DNA of 64,000 nucleotides from positions 1-64,000 of the forward strand of contig JBNKBE010000010.1 of assembly GCA_050287085.1 (NCBI GenBank). The letters run 5' to 3'. The notes under the pieces are model-generated. The model saw only the letters and a program-made list of their open reading frames with translations, did not search any database and had not been told where the DNA came from. Each line of letters begins with the position of its first letter. The first letter of the stretch is position 1. Positions 51,680 through 61,639 of this stretch are shown one piece after another. Position numbers and translations under genes: made by a program. The stretch is from Polyangiaceae bacterium. Its GTDB lineage: Bacteria; Myxococcota_A; Polyangia; Polyangiales; Polyangiaceae.

Positions 51680-52885
51680 TCACTCAGCGGTGAACGTGTG
51701 CACCATGTGCTGAGTGTAGGTCTCACCGGGTTTGAGAATGACGGCGTCCTTCCACTCCGGAACGTTGATGGCGTTGACCCAGGCGTGTGTCTCCAGGCAG
51801 AGGGCGTCGTATTGATTGTAGGTAACTCCCTTGCCCTTGATTGTGCCATCCAAGAAGATTCCGGCGTAGAACTGAACTCCGATCTGGTCCGCCGTCAACG
51901 TCATCACACGGCCAGACTTCGGGTCTTTGACCGTCGCGACCGGGCGCAGAGTGCTTGGAGCACCATCAACGATCCAGAAGTGATCGTAACCGACGGGCGT
52001 GCCCCCCACCGCCGCCATGTCTTTGCCGATGGCCTTGGGCGTCCGAAAGTCAAAAGGGGTGCCTTCAACCGGCTCGATGGTGCCATCGGGAACTCGGGCC
52101 ACGTTCGGGTCGCTGGGCTTGTCGCCGGGCGTGTATTTTTCTGCGTGAATGGTCAGTAGAAGGTCTCCGATTCCGCCTTGCCCTACCCCCTGCAGCATCC
52201 AATAGGAGTGGTGTGCTGGGTTTACGATTGTCGTCTTGTCGGTGGTCGCTTCAATGTCGACCTTCAGTTCGTTCTGGCTGGTTAGCGTGTACGTTACCTT
52301 TGCAGTGACGGTGCCCGGAAAGCCCTCCTCGCCATCCTTCGAGACGTAGGTGAAGGCTACGGACGGGTCATCGGCATTCTCACCGGGCTCAGCGGTCCAG
52401 ATAACCTTGTCCCACCCCTTCGTGCCGCCGTGCAGATTGTGGGGTCCGTTGTTGGTAGCAAGCTCGTACGTCTTGCCCTCCAATTCGAACTTGGCGTTCT
52501 TGATGCGGTTCGCGACGCGTCCAACCGTGGTTCCAAAGTAGGGGGTCTTCTCAACGTAGCCGTCGACATTGTCGTATCCGCCAACGATGTCGGCGAACTG
52601 GCCGTCGCGGTCGGGAACCTGAAACTCCGTGATGATCACCCCGTAGTTGGTGACCTTCAGCGAGAGCCCATTGTTGTTGGTGAGCGTGTACAAGTCTACC
52701 GCCTGGCCGTCGACCGTGCCGAAGGGAGCCTTGGTGATGGCCTTGTTGCTTGTTGTTGCGGCACCGCTCGTCGAGCCCTCGTCTTCCGTCTCAGGAGTGT
52801 TGGGCGCTACCTGGGAACCCGTGCAGGCGCACAGCGTGCAGCTCACCAACGCAGCCAAGCCGAGACCCATTCGAAATCGTGTCAT
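51680..52885 (-). CDS. galM: Aldose 1-epimerase (mutarotase), lipoprotein
   Basis: GRVANRI, HNLHGG, DGEEGFPG, HSYW, GTPFDFR, QFY, CLET; lipobox LCAC; GGAGG RBS. Confidence 0.92.
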   Translation of the reverse strand: MTRFRMGLGLAALVSCTLCACTGSQVAPNTPETEDEGSTSGAATTSNKAITKAPFGTVDGQAVDLYTLTNNNGLSLKVTNYGVIITEFQVPDRDGQFADIVGGYDNVDGYVEKTPYFGTTVGRVANRIKNAKFELEGKTYELATNNGPHNLHGGTKGWDKVIWTAEPGENADDPSVAFTYVSKDGEEGFPGTVTAKVTYTLTSQNELKVDIEATTDKTTIVNPAHHSYWMLQGVGQGGIGDLLLTIHAEKYTPGDKPSDPNVARVPDGTIEPVEGTPFDFRTPKAIGKDMAAVGGTPVGYDHFWIVDGAPSTLRPVATVKDPKSGRVMTLTADQIGVQFYAGIFLDGTIKGKGVTYNQYDALCLETHAWVNAINVPEWKDAVILKPGETYTQHMVHTFTAE

Positions 52886-53396
52886 TGTATTACCTCCGTA
52901 GTGTTCAGAGTCGCGTAAGTCCGCCGCGTCTCCACGCGCCGTCGTCGGGCGCACAATCACGCGGATCCTCTTGGGGTTCTTGGGTCAGCGACTCCATCTG
53001 TTCGTGGCGTCCGGCTTGTTCGAGCTGGACGCCGGTGAATCGAATTGCCAGTGTTTCCAGCTCGCTACCACCAAACCGCTTGCGACCGCGAGGGGAAAGT
53101 CCAGCGCGAAATCCAACGCGGCGATAGGTGCGGCGGCCGGTGTGTCTCCACTTGTTTGAGCAGAGCTATCGCCCGCATGGAGTCGATGCGGCCCAAAGCG
53201 GTCCAAGTTCTGCCTTTGCGGGCGCAATCTACTGTCGGCGCAACGGCTCGTCGCGCTTTGCGGTGGAGCTCGTTGGGGGAGTGGCGTTTGTGTGCAAGGC
53301 GCGTAACACTGGCCCCAGGACCCATGCAGCATTGGGGTGAGACGTGTTGTGTCTCGTACCATCAGCGGCTGTGTGAAACCCAAGAAGAAAGCTCCC

Positions 53397-54731
53397 ATGA
53401 TTCGATCGCGCGCAGTCAATATCGTTGCTCTGAGTATCGCGGCGGCCATGTCCTCCTGTGGCTCTTCGGAGGTTGATCCCGGGCCTTCGAGCTCTGAGAC
53501 GAATGCGCCTTGCGACAACGAGCTTTCGGGCTCGTGCGGCGCGGAGTGCATGCGGGACGAGGACTGTGCCTTGGGGACATTTTGCAGAGGGACATATTGT
53601 TCCGCTGAGTGCACCGCAACCGGTGCGCAATGCGATGGCACCTGCGATGAGCGCGGGCGTTGCGATGGTAGTTTGATTGTTACGGTGCCAGTAGCGGAGA
53701 AACCGGCGGGCACGGATACCGTCATCGATACCGCTTCTGGCCCTGCTTCGGGCGGTTCGAATACCGGCGGAGCGGGCACGGGCGTCAAGAGTTGTGGCGG
53801 GTCCCGGCTGACCGCTGAGTTGAAGCCCGTCAACATGTTCCTGTCGTTCGATCGCTCTCGGTCCATGGCGCAGGACGACAAGTGGCAGCAAGCCACGTCG
53901 GCTTTGACCGCTTTCATTTCGGACCCCGCGGCGGCTGACCTCGGAGTTGCGCTCCGTTTCTTTGGTGACAATGAGTGCAACGATGACAATTGCACCGCGG
54001 CCGCGTGCCGTGAACCGTTGGTCCCGCTCGGTACGCTCATGGCAGAAGCGGGCGCCGCGGATCTCCAGGAAACAGCGCTGATTGAAGCTATCCAGTCGGC
54101 GCAACCCGACTACCTGGGCACTCCGATCCACGCGGCGCTAGCAGGCGCTTTGGACTGGGCGGAGGAGTATCAGGGGAGTCATCCAGAACAAACGACGGTG
54201 GTCGTTCTGGTCACAGATGGAGAGCCGAGAGGTTGTAACGAGGACATTGATGACATCTCCGCTCTTGCGAGCGCTGCGTTTACACGAAGCGGCGTCCGCA
54301 CCTACGCAGTAGGGCTCGAGGGATCGAATCCCGATCAGATGGACCAAATCGCTCGAGACGGACACACCGGGCAGGGGTATCTGATCGGCAGTATGGGCGA
54401 CGCTGCCGCCGAGTTCGCTGCTGCCCTAAGCGAAATCCGCGGTCGCTCACTGGCTTGTGAATTCCCCGTACCGACGCCCACCATGGGCAGTTTGGTGCCG
54501 AACGAAGTGAACGTGTTGCTTGGGGACGGAAACTCAACCGCGCCGCTTGACTACGCAGCGAGTGAACAGGACTGTGGCGCTCAAGGCGGCTGGTACTTCG
54601 ACGACCCACAGAATCCGGACACGATCTACCTCTGCGAGAGTGCGTGTGAGCGGGTGCTGTCAGCACCCGACGCGGTACTCGAGGTTCTGCTCGGGTGCCC
54701 CACTGGTCAGGTTTCTGGCGATATCTTTTAG
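53397..54731 (+). CDS. Cys-rich VWA lipoprotein (CglB-like architecture)
   Basis: Lipobox MSSC; Cys-rich N-terminus; MIDAS DRSRSM, TP, TDGEP; C-terminal GWYFD..IYLC..C..GCPT. Confidence 0.82.
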   Translation: MIRSRAVNIVALSIAAAMSSCGSSEVDPGPSSSETNAPCDNELSGSCGAECMRDEDCALGTFCRGTYCSAECTATGAQCDGTCDERGRCDGSLIVTVPVAEKPAGTDTVIDTASGPASGGSNTGGAGTGVKSCGGSRLTAELKPVNMFLSFDRSRSMAQDDKWQQATSALTAFISDPAAADLGVALRFFGDNECNDDNCTAAACREPLVPLGTLMAEAGAADLQETALIEAIQSAQPDYLGTPIHAALAGALDWAEEYQGSHPEQTTVVVLVTDGEPRGCNEDIDDISALASAAFTRSGVRTYAVGLEGSNPDQMDQIARDGHTGQGYLIGSMGDAAAEFAAALSEIRGRSLACEFPVPTPTMGSLVPNEVNVLLGDGNSTAPLDYAASEQDCGAQGGWYFDDPQNPDTIYLCESACERVLSAPDAVLEVLLGCPTGQVSGDIF

Positions 54732-55060
54732 CGATCAACCGCCTCCGCGCGATCTCGTCCTCGCTGGGGCGCAGTAGGTGTACATAGGCCATTCCGCGCA
54801 GGTCCCACTTTGGGCCCGCGGATGGGAGCGTCTTGCTGCGGCGGGCGAGCGTCATGCTGCGGCGGGCGGGCTCGTCGTGGGCGGGACCTTAGCGCTGAGT
54901 CAAGACGCCCTTGGGCTGCACCGCCAAAGCGGCGGAGCGGCTCCAAGCGGACATCCGCTACCAGCGGAATGCGGCAGTTTTTTGTATCGACGGCTGACCG
55001 CTTTCCGGGGTTTGCCGTTCGATATCCGTGACCTCGTTTCAACCTGTGGTCACGACTGAC

Positions 55061-56731
55061 ATGAAGACGACTCAACTATTTCTCACGACACTCGTTCTTG
55101 GCCAGGCGGCGATTGCTGCGGCGACATTGGGCGCCTGCAGCGATGACAAATCGAAGGAACCGGCAGACGGCGCCTTGGGCGCTGCCTGTGAGCCGAGCAA
55201 GGACCAATGCCAAGACGCTCTGGTCTGTGCGCTCATAGCGGAGGGGGAAAGCGCCTGCACCGTTGCGGACGGAGATGTGTGTGAGCCGAAGCGCGACGAT
55301 GTCGACAACGGCGGCTGTCGTCTCAACGCGCTATGTCTGCCTGGCGAAGACGCGGAGGAACCGGCGACTTGCCGCATCGCAGAGGGCGGCGAGTGCGAGC
55401 CTGAGTTCTCGTATTGTCGCGACGAACTGCGCTGTTCCGAGGTGGTAGATGGCTCGCATCGCTGCTTCATGCCCGTCCTGCTCGTTGGTGCGGTCAGTGA
55501 TAGTCGGTCGGGCGCGGCCGTCGAGGGGGCACACATTATCGGCATCGACGACGAGGGCTCCGCGGTCACTTCGGTCGCCGTATCGGATGTCGACGGTCAC
55601 TATGAGCTCGATGTGCCGGTCCTGCGAGAGGAAGACGGAGACCCAAAGAACGCCGCATTCACGCTGCGTGCGGCCGCCCAGGACTATCAGCCCTTTCCAG
55701 AAGGAGTTCGGGTCGCGCTTCCGATTGAGGTTGGGAAGGCAAAGGCGTCGGATGGAGCTTACCGCGTGGACACCGCCCTCACTCAGGTGGCGCTGATCCC
55801 GTTGCCGGAAGGTGAACGATTTCTCGTTGCTGGGCGACTGCTGGCTCGCGACGACGCCGGGACTAGCGGTGACTTGACGGGGGTATTAGTGGTGGCGGCT
55901 GATGGCACCCGTGCCTTGAGCGCAACCACCGACCGGGACGGCACGTTCACCATTTTCAACGTTCCAAAAGGCGACTACGAGGTGCGAGGTTATGCGGCGG
56001 ACGTGCAGCTGAGTTCTACGTCCGTGAAAGTGAACGCGGCCGTTGACGACGTGACGTTGCACGAACTGGGAAGCGAGACCTCAACGCTGCGAGGCAACAT
56101 CCAGCTGGTCAACGCGCCCGGGGGGGCCCTGACGACCGTCATGCTTGTGGTCGAGGATACCTTCGACGCCGCGGCGGGACGCGGCGAGGTGCCTCGGGGC
56201 CTAAGGGCGCCCAGAAGCGGCCAGCCTTCCGTGGATGGTGACTTCGAAATTTCGGGCGTTCCCGAAGGCCGCTATGTGGTGCTGGCAGCCTACGAGAACG
56301 ATGACTTGGTTCGGGATCCGGATGTCAACATTGCTGGCACGGGGTTTGTTAAAGTGGCGGCCCCAGCCAAAGGAACGACGATCGAGCTAAACGATTCCTT
56401 CAAGGTGACTGAGGCCCTCCGCACGATCGGGCCCGGCAGCGACTCACCTGAAGCGGTCAGCGAAGCTCCGATGCTGAGCTGGGCCGACGACAGCAGTGAA
56501 GACTGGTACGAGGTGCGAGTATTTGACGCCTTCGGCGACGAAGTGTGGAGTTTCGAGCAGCCCGGCGTCAGCGGTCAGGACGTCGTCTCGGTCATGTACG
56601 AAGGTCCGCTGGACGCTGGCATGTACTATCAGTTCCGCGTGACCTCGTGGCGTCAGCCGGGCAAGGGCGATCCGGCGCCGATCGCTGCGACGGAGGACTT
56701 GAGAGGGGTCTTCTTTGCGCCGCCGAAGTAG
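55061..56731 (+). CDS. Lipoprotein with Cys-rich repeats and carboxypeptidase-regulatory-like beta-sandwich domains
   Basis: Lipobox LGAC; three G-x-x-C-E-P Cys modules; GAVSD..AVEGA, TDRDGTFTIFNVPKGDY, FEISGVPEGRY. Confidence 0.8.
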   Translation: MKTTQLFLTTLVLGQAAIAAATLGACSDDKSKEPADGALGAACEPSKDQCQDALVCALIAEGESACTVADGDVCEPKRDDVDNGGCRLNALCLPGEDAEEPATCRIAEGGECEPEFSYCRDELRCSEVVDGSHRCFMPVLLVGAVSDSRSGAAVEGAHIIGIDDEGSAVTSVAVSDVDGHYELDVPVLREEDGDPKNAAFTLRAAAQDYQPFPEGVRVALPIEVGKAKASDGAYRVDTALTQVALIPLPEGERFLVAGRLLARDDAGTSGDLTGVLVVAADGTRALSATTDRDGTFTIFNVPKGDYEVRGYAADVQLSSTSVKVNAAVDDVTLHELGSETSTLRGNIQLVNAPGGALTTVMLVVEDTFDAAAGRGEVPRGLRAPRSGQPSVDGDFEISGVPEGRYVVLAAYENDDLVRDPDVNIAGTGFVKVAAPAKGTTIELNDSFKVTEALRTIGPGSDSPEAVSEAPMLSWADDSSEDWYEVRVFDAFGDEVWSFEQPGVSGQDVVSVMYEGPLDAGMYYQFRVTSWRQPGKGDPAPIAATEDLRGVFFAPPK

Positions 56732-57063
56732 CGCGCTAGCGTTATCCGTCCTGGACTAGCGGGGGCGCAGTTTCGCGCTGCTAGAGTCGAGCGAGGCTCG
56801 CCAGAACCCATTGCCGATACGGGGACGCGGCCGAGCGCATTCGGAATGCCGCTTGGCAATGGATGGGCGGCGAGAAACACGCAGAGTGCAGCCTTCTAGT
56901 CAGTCTGCTTTCTCGTGGTGGCCCCCCGGGCGGAATTGCGCGCTGTCTTGAGGTCGGCTGGGGTTGTTTGTGCCCGCTGGCTGGAGGGAGCCTTCGCACT
57001 ATCGAGGGCGGCGCATGCCGATTGGACGGTGGACGTGCGGTCGGGCTACATTGGGGCGGAGTC

Positions 57064-58782
57064 ATGACGCAGACCAAGAAAGTGGAGTCTCCTAGGATGC
57101 TTCGTGCGCGCTCGGGAAATCGGCCTCAGTGGAGTGTGCTCGCCCTCCTAGCCGCCATCGGCTGCTCGGCAGGAGATGACGGAATGGGAGCGGAGCCAAA
57201 GCCTGGCGACAACACGTACGACGGCCCTGGCGCGGCGGGGCAGGACGGCAACGGAGGGCGTGCGACGGACGTCGAAGGTGCTCCCGACGCCGATCCGGTG
57301 GTACCCCCAAAACCCGAGACGGGCGCAGGCATCACTGAGTGCCGCGAGTCTGATGCGGTGGGACCGACTCCCATCCGCCGACTTGAGACCTTCGAGTACG
57401 TCAGTGCCGTGCGCGACGTCTTCGGAGTCGGCGTCAACGAGGGCAGCCTTCCCTCCGATGAGAAGCTTGGCACCTTCGTCGCAAACGTCACGTCGCCTCT
57501 GGTGGCCGATCATATCGACCGCTATCAGGTCGCCGCACGAGGGGTCGCAGGCAGCGTGGCGCAGCGTTTCGCAGAATTGAGCGGCTGTGCGGGGGCGGCG
57601 GACGCCGAGTGTGTCTCGAAATACCTGAAGGGAGCGGCGCGTCGCTTGTTTCACGGCACCTTAGAGGATGCGGATGCAGCGCGCATCGACGACCTCTATT
57701 CGTCGCTCAGCGCTGAAGCCGACGCAGACGTTGCGGTGGATACGGTTGTTCAGTTCATGCTGTTGTCGCCGCGCTTTCTCTATCTCGTCGAGTTCGGAGA
57801 GCCCGACTCTGGACCAGCACCCCTCACGGGCTCTGAAGTAGCGGGACGCCTTGCCGCGTTCTTGTGGCGATCGGTGCCCGACGAGGGGCTGCTTGCGGCT
57901 GCCGACGCGGGTGAATTGGATACGTCGGAAGGCGTGAAGGCCCATGCCCGGGCTATGATGGCTGAACCCCGAGCACAATCTGTGATGGGCAACTTCGCCA
58001 AGCAGTGGCTGCGAATCGCCGATCCCGCCGCGGATGCTGCTGCCCTCGAGATCGAGGAGTCGGAAGAAGTGGGGCGATTCATGGCGAAGGCGCTCACCGA
58101 CAAGGGCATCACCTTCAAGTCACTCATCAATGGCTATCCAGGGCCGGACACGCCGGAGCTGGGGAGCTTCTACGGTGACGATAGTCCGAGATCGAGCGTG
58201 CTGATGACTGCGGGTTATCTGCGGACCAACTCGACCGGAGACTTCCCATCTTCGGTCAAGCGGGGATACGTGATCCGTAGCTCCCTTCTGTGTCAACCGA
58301 TTGGGTTGCCAACCAACCCGACGGATATGCAACTGGAGGTGGACACCGCGGACCTCAGTCCGCAAGAGGTATTTGCTCGGCATTCCGCCGATCCCATGTG
58401 TTGGGGCTGCCATGTGTCGATGGATCCGCTGGGTGACGCCTTCGGAAAGTATGACAACTTGGGTGCCTACCATCCTGATGGTCCCGGTTCCACCGCCGGC
58501 GAGCTCAGTGGTCTTCCGGATGGCACAGCTTCGTTTGCGGGGGCGGAAGAATTGGTAGACCTGTTAGCCACCAACGCCTCAGCTCAGCAGTGCTTCTTGT
58601 TGCAGAACGTTCGTCACGCATTGGGACGAGGTGAGACAGCGGAGGATGCCTGTTCACTGCAGGACATATTGAGTGGCTATCAGGCCACCGAATTCAGCGT
58701 TCAGGACCTGCTGGTCGAGATTGCGGGGAGCCAAATGTTCCGGACGCGCAATAACGTGGTAGCGAAAGGTGAGTGCCGATAA
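57064..58782 (+). CDS. DUF1592-family lipoprotein, copy 3
   Basis: Lipobox AIGC; IRRLETFEY; LLSPRFLYLVE; RLAAFLWRSVPD; VKRG; CWGCH; DPLG; ALGR. Start 57064 or 57097. Confidence 0.88.
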   Translation: MTQTKKVESPRMLRARSGNRPQWSVLALLAAIGCSAGDDGMGAEPKPGDNTYDGPGAAGQDGNGGRATDVEGAPDADPVVPPKPETGAGITECRESDAVGPTPIRRLETFEYVSAVRDVFGVGVNEGSLPSDEKLGTFVANVTSPLVADHIDRYQVAARGVAGSVAQRFAELSGCAGAADAECVSKYLKGAARRLFHGTLEDADAARIDDLYSSLSAEADADVAVDTVVQFMLLSPRFLYLVEFGEPDSGPAPLTGSEVAGRLAAFLWRSVPDEGLLAAADAGELDTSEGVKAHARAMMAEPRAQSVMGNFAKQWLRIADPAADAAALEIEESEEVGRFMAKALTDKGITFKSLINGYPGPDTPELGSFYGDDSPRSSVLMTAGYLRTNSTGDFPSSVKRGYVIRSSLLCQPIGLPTNPTDMQLEVDTADLSPQEVFARHSADPMCWGCHVSMDPLGDAFGKYDNLGAYHPDGPGSTAGELSGLPDGTASFAGAEELVDLLATNASAQQCFLLQNVRHALGRGETAEDACSLQDILSGYQATEFSVQDLLVEIAGSQMFRTRNNVVAKGECR

Positions 58783-60350
58783 TGCGGCTGACTAGAGGTG
58801 CACTGCGTTCTCGACGCAGCTTTCTGAAGAGCGCCGGCGTGACGGCAGCAACCCTGCCGTTCTTGCGTGCCCTGCCCGGGTACGCGCAGAGTTCCACGTC
58901 CAAGCTGATCTTGGGCTTCAACGGAAACGGGCGCATTCGACACTTGTGGGGTGCAGACGACTCCAGTGGCAGCCTGATGATGCGCCCCAACCTGGCTCCC
59001 CTTCAGCCCTATGCCAAGAACGTCACGATTCTCGATGGGATTCGAAACTTTGGGGCGCCGCAGATTGGAGGAACTCACGAAGGCGGAACGATGAGCCTGT
59101 TCACGGGCGTTGGGGGGGCTCTTGATCCAACAGCGACCAGTGTGGGCTTCGGGAGTATCGACGCCATCTTCATGGCCGCTCAGTCCGACACCGTTCGTTC
59201 GGATAGCTTCTATCAGCAGACCGTGGCGGAGCGGAATACTTCGGAAAATGCGGGACCGAACAATCGCGTTGCGTTTGACACCAGCGGGAATCGTAGAGAT
59301 CCCCATCGCTCGTCATGGGAGGCCTTTGACAACTATCTGGATGGTGCGATCAAGCCCGCGGCGGGGGGAGATCAGCCGGCGCCTGAGGTTGACAAGGGAG
59401 ACCTGGCGAGAACCAAGCTGTTTGAGGCACTGAACGGACAGCTTGGCGAGCTCGAATCGCGCTTGTGTCGAGAAGACTACTACCAGATGCAGGCCATGCG
59501 CGAAGCGGTGGCCCAAGCCGGCAAGTCGATGCAACAGGCTGTGGCCTGTGAGGTGCCAGAACTACCGTCGCGCCCGACCGGGCTCGAGGACTGGGAGCCC
59601 ATCTGGTTGCCTCCGAGTACGACTATCGATTTGGAGTCGAATAGCGACTGGTACTATCTGCGTGGAAGGCTAGCGACAGACTTGCTGGTAATGGCGCTGG
59701 CCTGCGGCGTGACTCGAGCCGGGGTATTGCAGTTTGATCAGGGGGCTGGCGAAGCTCAGGCCGTCGGACAGCCTGAGCATCATCACAATACCTCTCACGG
59801 AGTACCCCAGCTGTCTGAGTTCTTGGTGAGCTACATGGGCACGAAGTCCAGCGATCCGAGTTTGCCCGAGCGCTATCTCAACGGCGATCCGTCGGAGACG
59901 GATCAGTACGCCTTCTACACCATCGACTACCAAGACGAGCCGACGCCAGCGATGCGAGAGCGGTTTGCTGAGGTGTGGGAGAGACTCTCGAAGTGGGAGT
60001 TGTTCTATGCCGATCAGTTTGCGTACCTGTTGCAGCAGTTGGAGGCGTTTGGCCTTATGCAGGACACGGCGGTGCTGTGGGGTAGCGAGCTCGACGACGG
60101 CCAGCATGAGCACTACAACATGCCTTTCGTGTTAGCCTCCGGGGAGAACCTACCGTTTGCCCGCGGCAAAGTCGTTCGCTATCCGCGGTCATTCAAGCAG
60201 ACGGATACGCGCTGGCTCGGAACACCCCAGGGGGAGCCACGCTCACACAACGACCTGCTCCGAACAGTGTTGCACGGGGTTGGCGTAGACGTTCCGAGCG
60301 TGGGCACGGAAGCTTTCAATAGTGGCCTCCTGGACTTGCTCCTAGCGTAG
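58782..60350 (+). CDS. DUF1552-family protein, Tat-type signal, copy 3
   Basis: SRRSFLKS..LPFL; GTHEGG; SID; ALACGVTR; HHNTSH; WGSE; HNDLL; TAATG overlap. Confidence 0.88.
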   Translation: MRLTRGALRSRRSFLKSAGVTAATLPFLRALPGYAQSSTSKLILGFNGNGRIRHLWGADDSSGSLMMRPNLAPLQPYAKNVTILDGIRNFGAPQIGGTHEGGTMSLFTGVGGALDPTATSVGFGSIDAIFMAAQSDTVRSDSFYQQTVAERNTSENAGPNNRVAFDTSGNRRDPHRSSWEAFDNYLDGAIKPAAGGDQPAPEVDKGDLARTKLFEALNGQLGELESRLCREDYYQMQAMREAVAQAGKSMQQAVACEVPELPSRPTGLEDWEPIWLPPSTTIDLESNSDWYYLRGRLATDLLVMALACGVTRAGVLQFDQGAGEAQAVGQPEHHHNTSHGVPQLSEFLVSYMGTKSSDPSLPERYLNGDPSETDQYAFYTIDYQDEPTPAMRERFAEVWERLSKWELFYADQFAYLLQQLEAFGLMQDTAVLWGSELDDGQHEHYNMPFVLASGENLPFARGKVVRYPRSFKQTDTRWLGTPQGEPRSHNDLLRTVLHGVGVDVPSVGTEAFNSGLLDLLLA

Positions 60351-60489
60351 AGCCGATCCAAGAAGCGCAGCATCGCGTCGACCCCACCAAGGGTGAAGGC
60401 GCGGCCTGGAGAAAGCTAGGGAGCGAATGCTCGCTCCCGGCGGATTCGGTTTTGGCCGGTAGTAAGGAAAGGGCGCCCCGATGCTCGCT

Positions 60490-61257
60490 CTAGGCAATCA
60501 AGTTGTAGCCAAGCTTCTCGACCAGCGCCTTGTCGAGGCGTTCGTTGATTAGCGCGATCTGGTTTGGCTTCAACTTTTCCCGCCACTTCTCCTGCAAGTA
60601 GTAGTCGCGGTAGTAGGAGAAGTCCTTTCCGCGCTCCTTGGTCGATCGCTCGCGGTTTTCAAATCCGCCCTTGCGCTTCGGGAGGTCGAGCGTCGTTCCC
60701 AACTGCTCCACCGCCCGCTGGGGATCGTCGAGAATGTCCTCGTAGCGCAGGTTCGCCGTAGGAAATGATGTGCTCAGTGCAAAGTAGGAAGCGTTCTTTT
60801 GGTTCCAGACGTCGATTGGACTCGAGAGGCCTGCGGGAGCTCGCTCCCGCTCAACAAACGGCGGGGCCTGAGTGATGAAGTCTTCGAACGACGGCTTCTC
60901 TTCCCACACGGGGTAGTAGTTGTACGGCTTATTGTAGAGCGACAGTGCCCATGAGTATGGGTTCTTGCTCACCGTGAGAAAACACAGGCCGCTACGAGCG
61001 ACTGGTAGGCTTGCAATGTCGCTTGGCGAAGGTGCAAATGCGTGTTTCCAGCCGAGATTGCTCCAATAGGAGATCCGGTGGTAGGCGTTCTGTACCTTCT
61101 CGGTGTGGGGGAGCTTATTCCACCGGATCGCTAGGTTGAGCAGGCGAGGCGGGACGCCCCGTAGCTGCTCCACATCCAAGTTCGCTGCAATCAACTTCGT
61201 TAGATAGTTGGTTCCCGTATTCCGCTCTCCGTAGAGCTTGAGCACAGCATTGGGCAT
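60490..61257 (-). CDS. Sulfotransferase-fold protein
   Basis: 5'-PSB-like GERNTGTNYL, WKH, 3'-PB-like KNPYSWALS, LRYEDILDDP, terminal LGY. Confidence 0.75.
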   Translation of the reverse strand: MPNAVLKLYGERNTGTNYLTKLIAANLDVEQLRGVPPRLLNLAIRWNKLPHTEKVQNAYHRISYWSNLGWKHAFAPSPSDIASLPVARSGLCFLTVSKNPYSWALSLYNKPYNYYPVWEEKPSFEDFITQAPPFVERERAPAGLSSPIDVWNQKNASYFALSTSFPTANLRYEDILDDPQRAVEQLGTTLDLPKRKGGFENRERSTKERGKDFSYYRDYYLQEKWREKLKPNQIALINERLDKALVEKLGYNLIA

Positions 61258-61639
61258 GGGTTGACTAGTACCGCACGCTGCGCTGTTTCGGCCGCAATTT
61301 TCGACCCCCCTTGGCCGATTCGCCCGCTGGGCTGTAGCTGCAGTGGACTTCCCTCCAGGCCTGCCCGTGGCCGTCCCGAGAGGTCGAGGTGCAAGCCGGA
61401 CTTGCGGTGGACGATTCGAATTGATTCTGGCGTTGGTCGCCGAGGAAGCAGTGAGGCTGGAGTGCTTGCAAAGTTCTGACTAGCAATAACTACTAGAGCC
61501 GGCTGGGGTGAAGATTTACTATCCTAGCGTTCACGTTCTGCGCTATGGGTCTGCCAATGCTCCGGAAGGTACTTGTGTCCTTGGGACCGGGCTCGGGTGG
61601 GGAAGTCCCTGTCGCGTTGACTTCGTGGGGGGGCCGCGC

